DNA of 62,810 nucleotides from a virus (lineage: Duplodnaviria; Caudoviricetes), in IMG/VR virus record IMGVR_UViG_3300025652_007521, positions 1 to 62,810 of that record; one strand, 5' to 3'. Below, one piece after another: positions 16,839 to 25,982 of this stretch (positions are counted from its first letter, which is position 1; each line of letters begins with the position of its first letter). The notes below the pieces were generated by a model, which ran no database searches, was not told the origin of the DNA, and was given only the letters and a program-made list of their open reading frames with translations. The position numbers were made by a program, and so were the translations under genes.

Positions 16839-17129
16839 ATGCCAGGAATTACAAGAGTAGGAGATCAACATCAGGGGCACGCAAGTCCCACCCCCAACCC
16901 GTTTCATAAGACATCTTATGCATCTGGTTCTCCTAATGTATTCGTAAATGGTAAGGCCGCGATAAGAGAAGGAGACTCTACTGGTTGTGGAGATACAGCA
17001 GTAGGTAAAAGTAGTACTGTAAAAGTAAATGGTAAAGGTGTTCATCGTATTGGTGATTCAACAAGTGGTCATGGTAGCTGGGTTCCAAATGCTTCGGCAG
17101 GTGGCTCAGGTAATGTGATTGCGGGGTGA
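16839..17129 (+). CDS. PAAR spike-tip protein (gp5.4-like)
   Basis: R.GD...GH, GSPNVFVNGK.A.R.GD...CG, repeated three times; follows gp5. Confidence 0.92.
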   Translation: MPGITRVGDQHQGHASPTPNPFHKTSYASGSPNVFVNGKAAIREGDSTGCGDTAVGKSSTVKVNGKGVHRIGDSTSGHGSWVPNASAGGSGNVIAG

Positions 17130-17132
17130 TGA

Positions 17133-17357
17133 ATGGCTAAACCAAATTATGTATCTTTATTAGCACAAATCGCAAGCACTCCAGCAGGATCAGCTAGAGA
17201 TGCATTGATTGCTCAATGTTATCAGTTTCCAGAGCCATTAACAACTGAAGAAGAAAATTTATTTAATTATGTATCGACTGATTATTTAGAAGATACACCA
17301 GGAACAACATCGTCGTATATTGGAATATACTATGGAGAAGACGGGATAATACAATGA
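17133..17357 (+). CDS. Hypothetical virion-associated protein
   Basis: 74-aa ORF tightly coupled between PAAR and the fibre gene. Confidence 0.65.
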   Translation: MAKPNYVSLLAQIASTPAGSARDALIAQCYQFPEPLTTEEENLFNYVSTDYLEDTPGTTSSYIGIYYGEDGIIQ

Positions 17358-18961
17358 CAATAACGAAAAGAGGAACAAAAGGTAGTGCGCTAACTTATAA
17401 TGAGATGGATGAGAATATCCGAGATCTCTATGAGGACACTACGATTAATCGTGTATTTACTAATGCTTCAGGCAGTGGATCAGATGTACAATATTTGACA
17501 TATACGCCACCGTCTGAAGGCAATACAGTTGGTTTTATTACTGTAACCGATAATACACGTATTAGATTTCCAACCACGGATGCTGCTGGTAATAGTGTAT
17601 GTTGTGAAGATGTATTAGATATGAAAAACCATAACATTGTTGGTGTTAATCATCTTAAATTTTCTGACCCTGGTCCTGGCGAAGGATTAGAATGGTCTAA
17701 TATTAAAATACAAGAATCACCTGATGATTTAACTACTAATACGGCTGGTAGTTTGCAAATTCTTCATAAAAATACTGGAACACCTACGGGTGGTTCTGCA
17801 ACAACAACCTACGAAAGACGTGTTACTGTAAAAAATGATCACACCGAAATACGTGGCCAAATTCAGGCAGATAGCCACCAATACGTACTGGTAGTTTCTG
17901 GTGAAGATAAGCACAATACAATCAATCAAACAACAAATTCTGGTGTTGGAATTAAACTACTACTAGCTAATAATAGTGCTGACGGAGAAAGTTTTTTAGG
18001 TGCATCAATTGTTGCTAGAAGAGAAAGTGATACTGATGACAATAGCTCTACTTCTCTTGAGTTTTATACAAGTCATAATGATGAAACTCTTGATAAGCGT
18101 ATTGTAATTGATAGTGGTGGTAATGTTAAAATTGGTGTAGTCGGTACAAATCCTAAGCCTTTAACTGTTCGATCACGATACGCGTATAATGATGTAGCTA
18201 ATGGCGGTATACGAGTTGATACTTATAGCAACCAATTAGATCGTTATACTTCAATTAGTACAATTGGTGGGTCAAACTTTTCAGCGAATTGCGAATATTA
18301 TGGTTCTAATATATTTTTACCTATATCAACTGTTGCAAATAATATTCGAATGTTAGATGGTCATATTATATTTTGCGCAAATTCTGGATTAACTGCGAAT
18401 ACTCCATTTACTCCAACAGAACGTGCACGAGTAACTCCATCAGGCAACCTATTGGTGGGTACTACTGATAATACTCCGTATAACAACACAACAGGAAGTG
18501 GTATTTGTTGGGGCGGTGGGACACATCGACCCAACAGTATTGCTCGTGAATCAACCGCCACCTGTTTAATTCTAAATAAAACTGGGACTCAGTCAAACAG
18601 TACTCATATTCAGGAGTTCAGATATGACGGAGTTGGGATTGGAAATGTATCGATTTCAAGCACAGCCGTTGCCTTTAACACTGGCTCGGATGAACGACTA
18701 AAAGAAAACATTACAGACTCTGCTGATGCGGGTAGCAAGGTTGATGCTATACAGATTAGACAGTTTGACTGGAAGGCTGATGGCTCACATCAGGACTACG
18801 GTCTTATTGCACAGGAGTTAGTAACTGTTGCACCTGAAGCAGTACATCAACCTGTAGATGAAGAAGACATGATGGGTGTTGACTACAGTAAGTTAGTACC
18901 TATGCTAATTAAAGAAATACAATCGTTACGTGTTCGTTTGTCCACCTTAGAAAATAACTAA
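17354..18961 (+). CDS. Tail fibre/spike with C-terminal intramolecular chaperone (peptidase S74)
   Basis: N-terminal R..KGSALTY.E.D.N anchor motif; C-terminal SDERLKENI, FDWK, GLIAQEL..V.PEAV, VDYSKLVP.LIKEIQ.L and a coiled coil. Confidence 0.88.
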   Translation: MTITKRGTKGSALTYNEMDENIRDLYEDTTINRVFTNASGSGSDVQYLTYTPPSEGNTVGFITVTDNTRIRFPTTDAAGNSVCCEDVLDMKNHNIVGVNHLKFSDPGPGEGLEWSNIKIQESPDDLTTNTAGSLQILHKNTGTPTGGSATTTYERRVTVKNDHTEIRGQIQADSHQYVLVVSGEDKHNTINQTTNSGVGIKLLLANNSADGESFLGASIVARRESDTDDNSSTSLEFYTSHNDETLDKRIVIDSGGNVKIGVVGTNPKPLTVRSRYAYNDVANGGIRVDTYSNQLDRYTSISTIGGSNFSANCEYYGSNIFLPISTVANNIRMLDGHIIFCANSGLTANTPFTPTERARVTPSGNLLVGTTDNTPYNNTTGSGICWGGGTHRPNSIARESTATCLILNKTGTQSNSTHIQEFRYDGVGIGNVSISSTAVAFNTGSDERLKENITDSADAGSKVDAIQIRQFDWKADGSHQDYGLIAQELVTVAPEAVHQPVDEEDMMGVDYSKLVPMLIKEIQSLRVRLSTLENN

Positions 18962-18977
18962 ACAGTCGCATAAAGCG

Positions 18978-18985
18978 TATAAATA
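18978..18985 (+). promoter_or_regulatory. T4-type late promoter
   Basis: TATAAATA, 5 nt before the gp25 ATG. Confidence 0.85.
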
Positions 18986-18990
18986 CTATT

Positions 18991-19518
18991 ATGGCATATA
19001 CTTATACTTCAACTACTACTACTGTAACTACTGACACCGGCGTTCAAACAATTATTACGCCGTTAGATGTAGATGGTGGTGCGACGGGTAAAGATGGTAC
19101 AGTTACGTCGGTTGTAAGTGATGCATCGGCCTCTTCATCTGAACGTTATAGCGACTTAAATTTACAAATGATACCGCATCCTCAGAAAAAAGATGTTTTA
19201 CCGATTTTTGGTGAACAGGCTGTAAAGAATGCAATACGAACTTTGTTGTTAACAAATTTTATGGAAAGACCTTTCCAACCAACATTAGGTGCAAATCTAA
19301 GAAGTTTATTATTTGAACCTAATGATGCTGTTACTCGACTAGCTTTAAAAGATGCAGTAAGAAATGTATTAGAAAGAAATGAACCAAGGATAGAAAATGT
19401 TAACGTTGTAATTGAACCAACTAATAACGAAAATGCATATAGAGTTGTAGTAGTATTTAGTATAAAAGAAACCGATTCGGTGCAAGACGTCGAAATTAAT
19501 TTAAGAAGATTAAGGTAA
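18991..19518 (+). CDS. gp25: Baseplate wedge subunit gp25
   Basis: YSDLNL....HP...D, AVKNAIR.LLLT...ERPFQP.LG, LFEP, EPR; Thr-rich N-terminal extension. Confidence 0.93.
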   Translation: MAYTYTSTTTTVTTDTGVQTIITPLDVDGGATGKDGTVTSVVSDASASSSERYSDLNLQMIPHPQKKDVLPIFGEQAVKNAIRTLLLTNFMERPFQPTLGANLRSLLFEPNDAVTRLALKDAVRNVLERNEPRIENVNVVIEPTNNENAYRVVVVFSIKETDSVQDVEINLRRLR

Positions 19519-19524
19519 AGAGAT

Positions 19525-21402
19525 ATGGCCTCAAATTTAAATGTATCAGAACTAGATTTTGATCAAATAAAAGATAATCTAAAAAACTTTATGAAGTCAC
19601 AATCACAGTTTAAGGATTATGATTTTGATGGATCAGGCCTTAGTGTTCTATTAGACATACTTGCGTATAATACGCATTATAATGCAATGCTAGCACATTT
19701 TGCGTTGAATGAAGCCTTTCTCGATTCTGCGCAGATTCGTGGTAACGTTGTATCACGAGCTGGTCTACTTGGTTATGTGCCTCGATCGGTTTTAGCACCA
19801 AGAGCAGCTATAAAACTAGTAGTCGATGTAACAAATAACGATTCTATTAACCTACCAACAACTTTAGTATTAGAAAGAGGTACTAAGTTTACTACAACTG
19901 TTGATGGTGTTGCATATACGTTTTCTTCATTAGAATCCCAATCTGCCATTCGAGAAGATACAATCATTAATGGTGTTACTTCGAACATATTTACTTTTGA
20001 ATCTGTACCTATTGCTGAAGGTACAATTCGTTCATTATCGTATCGTGTTGATAACGATATTCAAAACCAAAAATTTCAAATATCAGATGCTGATGCCGAT
20101 ACATCGTCATTAAGAGTACGAGTTCAAAATAATCAACAATCAGAAAGATTCGATACATATCAAATATTCACATCAATTCAGGACGTAGTATCAGATACAC
20201 AAGTATATCATTTACAAGAAAATTCAAGTGGCTTATATCAAGTATTCTTTGGTGATGGAATTATTGGTAAAAAACCAGTAAATGATAATATTATAACGCT
20301 TGATTATCTCGTAACACAAGGTATTGCTGCAAATGGCGCTAACAACTTTGATCTAGTTACAGCGTTTCCAACGTTAAATGAACCAGAAATTACAGTTACA
20401 ACAAAGATAAAAGCAAATGGTGGATCCGCTGCAGAAACAACTGAGTCAATTAGATTTAATGCTCCTATTACTTTCCAAGCGCAAGATCGAGCAGTAACAT
20501 CTCAAGACTATACAGCAATTATTCAAAAGAACTTTGCAAACATTGAGTCAATATCTACATGGGGTGGTGAAGATAATATTATTCCAGATTTTGGTAAAGC
20601 ATATATTAGTATAAAACCTCTTATTGGTAATGCGTTAACATCAAACGAAAAAGAAGAAATCAAAGCAATTGTAAAATCAAAAAATATTTTATCAATTTCA
20701 CCTGAAATTATAGATCCAGAATTTACAAATTTAGAAATCGATGTGTTCTTTAAATATAACCCAGCACTTACAAGTCGATCTACTTCTGCTTTAGAAGCAC
20801 TTGTAAAAGATATTATATTAGATTATAACTTTAACCAATTAAATAGGTTTGACGGTGTATTTAGACATTCAGAATTGTTATCCTTAGTTGATAATTCTGA
20901 CCCAGCAATCGTAAGTTCTACGATTAGACCTTTCCTCACAAAAACTATTATACCTTCTGTGAGTAGAGTTAAAAATGATTTTAATTTAACATTTGCCGGA
21001 TCATTCTTTATTCAAAGCGGTAGCACATACAATATTAATAGTACAGCGTTTAAACTTAATGGTATTGATCATTACTTCGGAGATATCGCAATAGCAGATT
21101 CAGATAATACTAGGCAAGTTGTAATTTATAAAATTGTTAACAATGAAAATATTATCGTAAGAGGAAACGTAGGAACTATAAATGGCGATCTTGGAACTGT
21201 TTCATTAAACGATTTTGGTCCAGACGACACTACTCCAATTACTGTCACATTAACTCCAAATTCTTTAGATATTGCACCAAAACGAAATCAAATTATTAAT
21301 GTCGATTCTTCTAAAATTAAATCTAAAGGATCTATTGATACTATTGCATATTCCGGATCAGCTGGAACTATATCTTATACAACTACTACTAGAATGAGAT
21401 AA
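19525..21402 (+). CDS. gp6: Baseplate wedge subunit gp6
   Basis: ELDFDQIK.NLK.F...Q..F.DYDF.GS.LS.LLD.LAYNTHY, FGDG..G, Q.RAVT..DY, WGGEDN. Confidence 0.95.
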   Translation: MASNLNVSELDFDQIKDNLKNFMKSQSQFKDYDFDGSGLSVLLDILAYNTHYNAMLAHFALNEAFLDSAQIRGNVVSRAGLLGYVPRSVLAPRAAIKLVVDVTNNDSINLPTTLVLERGTKFTTTVDGVAYTFSSLESQSAIREDTIINGVTSNIFTFESVPIAEGTIRSLSYRVDNDIQNQKFQISDADADTSSLRVRVQNNQQSERFDTYQIFTSIQDVVSDTQVYHLQENSSGLYQVFFGDGIIGKKPVNDNIITLDYLVTQGIAANGANNFDLVTAFPTLNEPEITVTTKIKANGGSAAETTESIRFNAPITFQAQDRAVTSQDYTAIIQKNFANIESISTWGGEDNIIPDFGKAYISIKPLIGNALTSNEKEEIKAIVKSKNILSISPEIIDPEFTNLEIDVFFKYNPALTSRSTSALEALVKDIILDYNFNQLNRFDGVFRHSELLSLVDNSDPAIVSSTIRPFLTKTIIPSVSRVKNDFNLTFAGSFFIQSGSTYNINSTAFKLNGIDHYFGDIAIADSDNTRQVVIYKIVNNENIIVRGNVGTINGDLGTVSLNDFGPDDTTPITVTLTPNSLDIAPKRNQIINVDSSKIKSKGSIDTIAYSGSAGTISYTTTTRMR

Positions 21403-21410
21403 TTATAACT

Positions 21411-24400
21411 ATGGCTCAGCAAAGTTTAAAAAACCTAGATTCATTTTCAAGAGGGTATATTGAAGATGTTCGTTCTAACGTAGATTTTGATACGACTTTA
21501 AGAGCTATTACTTCTTATAAAGTATCAAATGGATTTACAGCATATCTAGATAGTCCACCAATAAATTTAGTCGATGGTAGTCCGTATGACCCATTAGAAA
21601 ATTCTATTATTGGTAAAGTAATGTCCGGCATTGGCATTATTGGAAATCCTCGAGTCACATCAATAGCTGATGATGGCCTATCGCTAACATTTGATCAGGC
21701 TCAAACATTCGGTAACATATTTGAAGGTGTTGCTCTTACATTTAGTGATGCTAATTCTGGCATTGATCAGTATGAATTAACTGGTTCTGCTATAGCAAGA
21801 TCGAAAGAAGATATTCGAATTGATAATCTAATTCCGGAAGAATTATTAGATTACGCAACTAGTTCAGCTTATGGTGGTAACCAAACTGGTGGAATACGTA
21901 CATTCTTAGAGTCTTACTACAAGTTTATGAACTTAGAAGAATTTACATATAAAGCTATAGAAGTATTCGAAGATGTTGTTATTGACAATACTGCTATTTT
22001 TAGAATCAACGAGCCGGGTAAGTTTTTTCAAAGAAATTTAGTATTAGGTGCAAAGTTTTTTGACGCTGACGGAAATACATTATTAGTTGGTGATGAAGAT
22101 GGAACACCGACTCAAACGGGCGAGCCAATATTATTAGATGATAGCGCTCTATTAACACCCGGGCAAGGTTATCAAATTGTAGATTTAGGTAATGGTACAA
22201 GCGAAAATATTGCGGCTGGTATTAATAATATTTCAACTCAAGATTTTGTTGAATATAATTTAAATGATACTTTTATTGCAACTGACGATGGAAGTGCTTA
22301 TGATGTAACTCGCGGATCTGTACCGGTAGCTGTTAAACTCCTTATTTATCCAGAAACAATCGATGATATTTTTACTGGAAATATTAGTATCAGTAATGCT
22401 AATAAATTGCCAGGTCGTATAGCAGATAGTCCAGAGCCAACAGGTAGAACTTTAAATATTTATGGTTTATCACCAAGATTGAATAAACGTAAATTAAGAA
22501 TGGAAGTTTATCTTCTTAACTATGTTAATTCTGGACCATCATATCGCATAAACACAATTGAAGATTCTTTAAATTTAAATGAAGCTCAAGAAGAGTTTTT
22601 AGATTTAATGCAAAGGGAAATTGCTCCAGCATTAGATAAAACCTCACCTATTGATAAAAGAGCAGTATACGAAAAAATTATCGATTTTTATAAAATCAAA
22701 GGTTCTCAAGAGTCGATAGAAACATTCTTTAAGTTATTGTACAATGAACATGAAGTTCAGGTCGCTTATCCGTGGGATAATACATTAAAACCATCTGACG
22801 GTATGTTTGATGCAAATTCAGCTTTGGCCAATAACTATAAATTTAATGGAGAAATTGAATCTAGCGATAATGCTAATAATGATTTATTTGGTAAATCTAT
22901 TTCAATATGTGGTAATAGTTTTGCTGCTGGTGCACCGAATGAAGGTTCTGCCGGAACTAATGCTGGTGCAGTATACGTCTTTAATACGGTAAATAGTGGT
23001 AAAAATTGGGTTCAAGAATCTAAAATAGTAGCTAGTCAACCTGTAAGTGGTCAAGCGGAATCAGATCATTTTGGCAATTGTGTATCTCTTGATGGTAACA
23101 CAATGGCTATATCCTCGCCAGGCGATAAAACATCATACAATGTAACAAATACTGGTTCAGTTGAAATCTGGGATAGATCAGTAGATATAAGTGGAAATAA
23201 TGTTTGGAGATTTACTACTAAAATTGTTCCCGCATCAAATGAGGGTATAAGATTCGCAGCGGGCAATGAGTCAGTTTCATTAGATCAAAACTATCTTGTA
23301 GTTGGTCATAAAAGTCATACTGGTACTGGAGATCATCCTGAAGGTGCCGCTTTAGTATATAAAAGAGTTGGTTCGACTTGGACAAGGATTCAAACAATAC
23401 GAGCTCCCGGTATTTTACATAGTAGAGTAGCAGGTAATAACTCCTTTGCTGAAACCGTTGTAATACGAGGTAAATATTTAGTTGTTTCTTTCCAAAATTA
23501 TTCTACTTCAGCAAATACTAAAACTGGTAGAGTTGTTGTTTATAAGAAAGACGATGTAAGCGAGTTATATGAATTAGATGCAATATTAGAACCAACTAAT
23601 GATTTACCTAATCAACAATTTGGATATGCAATTGATATTACAAATGTTGAAAATGGAACCCCGCGGATTGGTTTAACAAGTCGTGATAATCCGTATCATA
23701 CTGTTTATATTTTCGAAAGAAGTGAAAGTACTGAAGGTGTCGGTTCTTGGATAGCAATTAACTCTTTACCTAGTTATGTTATTCCTTCTATTAGAGATAA
23801 CACTAACTATGGTGCAATTGTTCGAATAGATGGCAATAATTTAATTGTAGGTGAACATGGTTTTGATGATGGTGTTATTACAAATAATGGTAAAATATAT
23901 CATTATGAATTTAATGAAGATACGTCAGTGTGGAATCCTAAAGAACAATATAGAGGCGATATAGCAGCCTTAGAACATAATTTTGGATTTGGATTAGATA
24001 TATCTCACGATGATGAAAATTATATGATTGTTGGTGCGCCTGGTAAAACAGATGGAAACGGTAATCAAAAGGGAATCTCTAGAGCTTTCGCTCGACCAAA
24101 AATATTAGGTAATTATGCTACTAATGCTGGATTTTTATCAGAAAAAAGTATAAAGGTTCATGATTCTGATTTCTATCAGAAATTTTCCTATGTAGTAAAA
24201 GTTGCTCGTAATTTATCACAATGGAAAGAGCCATTTGATAAATTAATACATGCTGCTGGATTTAAATACTTTGGTGAAGTATTAATGGTTATTCAAGCAG
24301 TAAGAGCTGTACTGGGTGACGATAATCCTGATACAACCGTAGGTATTGGTGATGACACATTAGTATACCCAAATTCGTATAGTGCATCTCCTGCATTTAG

Positions 24401-25973
24401 AAGAACGTTCTCATCAATGCCTGGTGTACAACCGGGTTACATTGGTATTGAAGACATTGGTTTACTTATTGAAGCAATTGCTTCTACTTTTGGTATTGTT
24501 GGTGTTGCACGAACGAATAGAGATGCTAAGCTATCTCTTAAATCAGCTACACAAAATGGCGGATTAATTGATATATCGATTTCAGAACCTGGACATGGCT
24601 ATCCTTCAGTACCTGCTATTACATTAAGTGGTGACGGATCTGGAGCAACCGCGACTGCTACAATAAATTCTAAAGGTGAAGTTAATAAAGTAATAATTAG
24701 TGGTCCACATAACTCGTTTAATACTGAAGGTCTTAGTACAGATTCAGGTAGATCGCCCGGTACATACAATAATATAACAACTGGAGGCACTAGATCTTCT
24801 GGCAGTGGTACTGGTGGTGAAGTAACAATTGTTGTAGATTCTAATAAAGATATTCACAGTATTACTTCAACCACAGCTGGTAGTGGTTATGAAATTGGCG
24901 AAATTATTACAATCCCTGGTTCGGCTGTAGGAGGTGGTGGTTCATTTACATTTACAGTTGCTAGTGTTGGTACAGGCTATCAGATAGGTGGAACGCTTAT
25001 TGCAATACAAACTCTTGCGCAAGAGAATGCAGACGACGGGCTCAGTGGTGATAATCAAATTGTTGCAAGTACAATTGGTAAGCTTAATTCGACATCTCTA
25101 GGTTTGGACTTAGTTGGATTAAATAAAAAAGAATATGTAACTACGCCCGTAATTAGAATTTCTTCTCCTGATGCTCGTGGGACAGATGGATTACCTTTAT
25201 CAACAAATATACAAGCTGCTGCAACTTTAACGAGAGATACAACAACTAAACGAATAACAGGATTTACAATTACAAATCCTGGATATGGTTATTTAAATGA
25301 TGCTACAATTAAAATTGAAAGCCATACTGCAAAACGTGCACCAGATTATATGCACAAAAAGATTATTCCAGCTAATCATGATATTGAAATAAAAGGAACA
25401 TTAGCAGAAAATAGTTATTTTGAGCGAAAAAATATTATGTCAATTACTGAATATGATTTGAGGGTTGCAGCTAAAACAAATAGTGTAGGTAATGCATTTT
25501 ATATTAACAACATTGAATCATCATCTTCATTAATATTACTTCGTGGAAGTAGACATAGATTTTCACAAAGTCATCCAAGTAATGAAGGTCACCCTTTAAG
25601 GTTTTCTAGAGGGGTAGATGGAGCACATGAAAACGCAGTCGAATTTTCAGGTAACATAACTGAAGTTGGAATTCCTGGGCAAGAAGGCTCTTATACAGAA
25701 ATTACAATTCCAGAAGATGCTCCACCAACAATATACTACTATTGTCAAAACCATAGTGGTATGGGAGGTTCTTTTAATATATTTGGTAGAAATATGGCTA
25801 AAGAAAATCCTGCATTTTTGGGACAAAAGAAATTCCAAGGGAATTATCAAATATATATGTTCGATGAAGTTATAATCGAAGATATTTACAACTCAACTGC
25901 TGATGGAACTAGTATAAATAATATAAACGCACAAGCTAGTTTATCAGACGCAATTACGAATAAAACAATATAG
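21411..25973 (+). CDS. gp7: Baseplate wedge initiator gp7-like protein with inserted FG-GAP propeller and cupredoxin-like module
   Basis: Between gp6 and gp8; F...YY.FM, I.DFY..KGS..SI..FFKLLY, DS.FYQ.FSYV.K, W......L.H.AGF.YFG. Confidence 0.8.
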   Translation: MAQQSLKNLDSFSRGYIEDVRSNVDFDTTLRAITSYKVSNGFTAYLDSPPINLVDGSPYDPLENSIIGKVMSGIGIIGNPRVTSIADDGLSLTFDQAQTFGNIFEGVALTFSDANSGIDQYELTGSAIARSKEDIRIDNLIPEELLDYATSSAYGGNQTGGIRTFLESYYKFMNLEEFTYKAIEVFEDVVIDNTAIFRINEPGKFFQRNLVLGAKFFDADGNTLLVGDEDGTPTQTGEPILLDDSALLTPGQGYQIVDLGNGTSENIAAGINNISTQDFVEYNLNDTFIATDDGSAYDVTRGSVPVAVKLLIYPETIDDIFTGNISISNANKLPGRIADSPEPTGRTLNIYGLSPRLNKRKLRMEVYLLNYVNSGPSYRINTIEDSLNLNEAQEEFLDLMQREIAPALDKTSPIDKRAVYEKIIDFYKIKGSQESIETFFKLLYNEHEVQVAYPWDNTLKPSDGMFDANSALANNYKFNGEIESSDNANNDLFGKSISICGNSFAAGAPNEGSAGTNAGAVYVFNTVNSGKNWVQESKIVASQPVSGQAESDHFGNCVSLDGNTMAISSPGDKTSYNVTNTGSVEIWDRSVDISGNNVWRFTTKIVPASNEGIRFAAGNESVSLDQNYLVVGHKSHTGTGDHPEGAALVYKRVGSTWTRIQTIRAPGILHSRVAGNNSFAETVVIRGKYLVVSFQNYSTSANTKTGRVVVYKKDDVSELYELDAILEPTNDLPNQQFGYAIDITNVENGTPRIGLTSRDNPYHTVYIFERSESTEGVGSWIAINSLPSYVIPSIRDNTNYGAIVRIDGNNLIVGEHGFDDGVITNNGKIYHYEFNEDTSVWNPKEQYRGDIAALEHNFGFGLDISHDDENYMIVGAPGKTDGNGNQKGISRAFARPKILGNYATNAGFLSEKSIKVHDSDFYQKFSYVVKVARNLSQWKEPFDKLIHAAGFKYFGEVLMVIQAVRAVLGDDNPDTTVGIGDDTLVYPNSYSASPAFRRTFSSMPGVQPGYIGIEDIGLLIEAIASTFGIVGVARTNRDAKLSLKSATQNGGLIDISISEPGHGYPSVPAITLSGDGSGATATATINSKGEVNKVIISGPHNSFNTEGLSTDSGRSPGTYNNITTGGTRSSGSGTGGEVTIVVDSNKDIHSITSTTAGSGYEIGEIITIPGSAVGGGGSFTFTVASVGTGYQIGGTLIAIQTLAQENADDGLSGDNQIVASTIGKLNSTSLGLDLVGLNKKEYVTTPVIRISSPDARGTDGLPLSTNIQAAATLTRDTTTKRITGFTITNPGYGYLNDATIKIESHTAKRAPDYMHKKIIPANHDIEIKGTLAENSYFERKNIMSITEYDLRVAAKTNSVGNAFYINNIESSSSLILLRGSRHRFSQSHPSNEGHPLRFSRGVDGAHENAVEFSGNITEVGIPGQEGSYTEITIPEDAPPTIYYYCQNHSGMGGSFNIFGRNMAKENPAFLGQKKFQGNYQIYMFDEVIIEDIYNSTADGTSINNINAQASLSDAITNKTI
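25913..25920 (+). promoter_or_regulatory. T4-type late promoter for gp8, inside the end of gp7
   Basis: TATAAATA about 60 nt before the gp8 start. Confidence 0.6.
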
Positions 25974-25982
25974 GAATATGTC

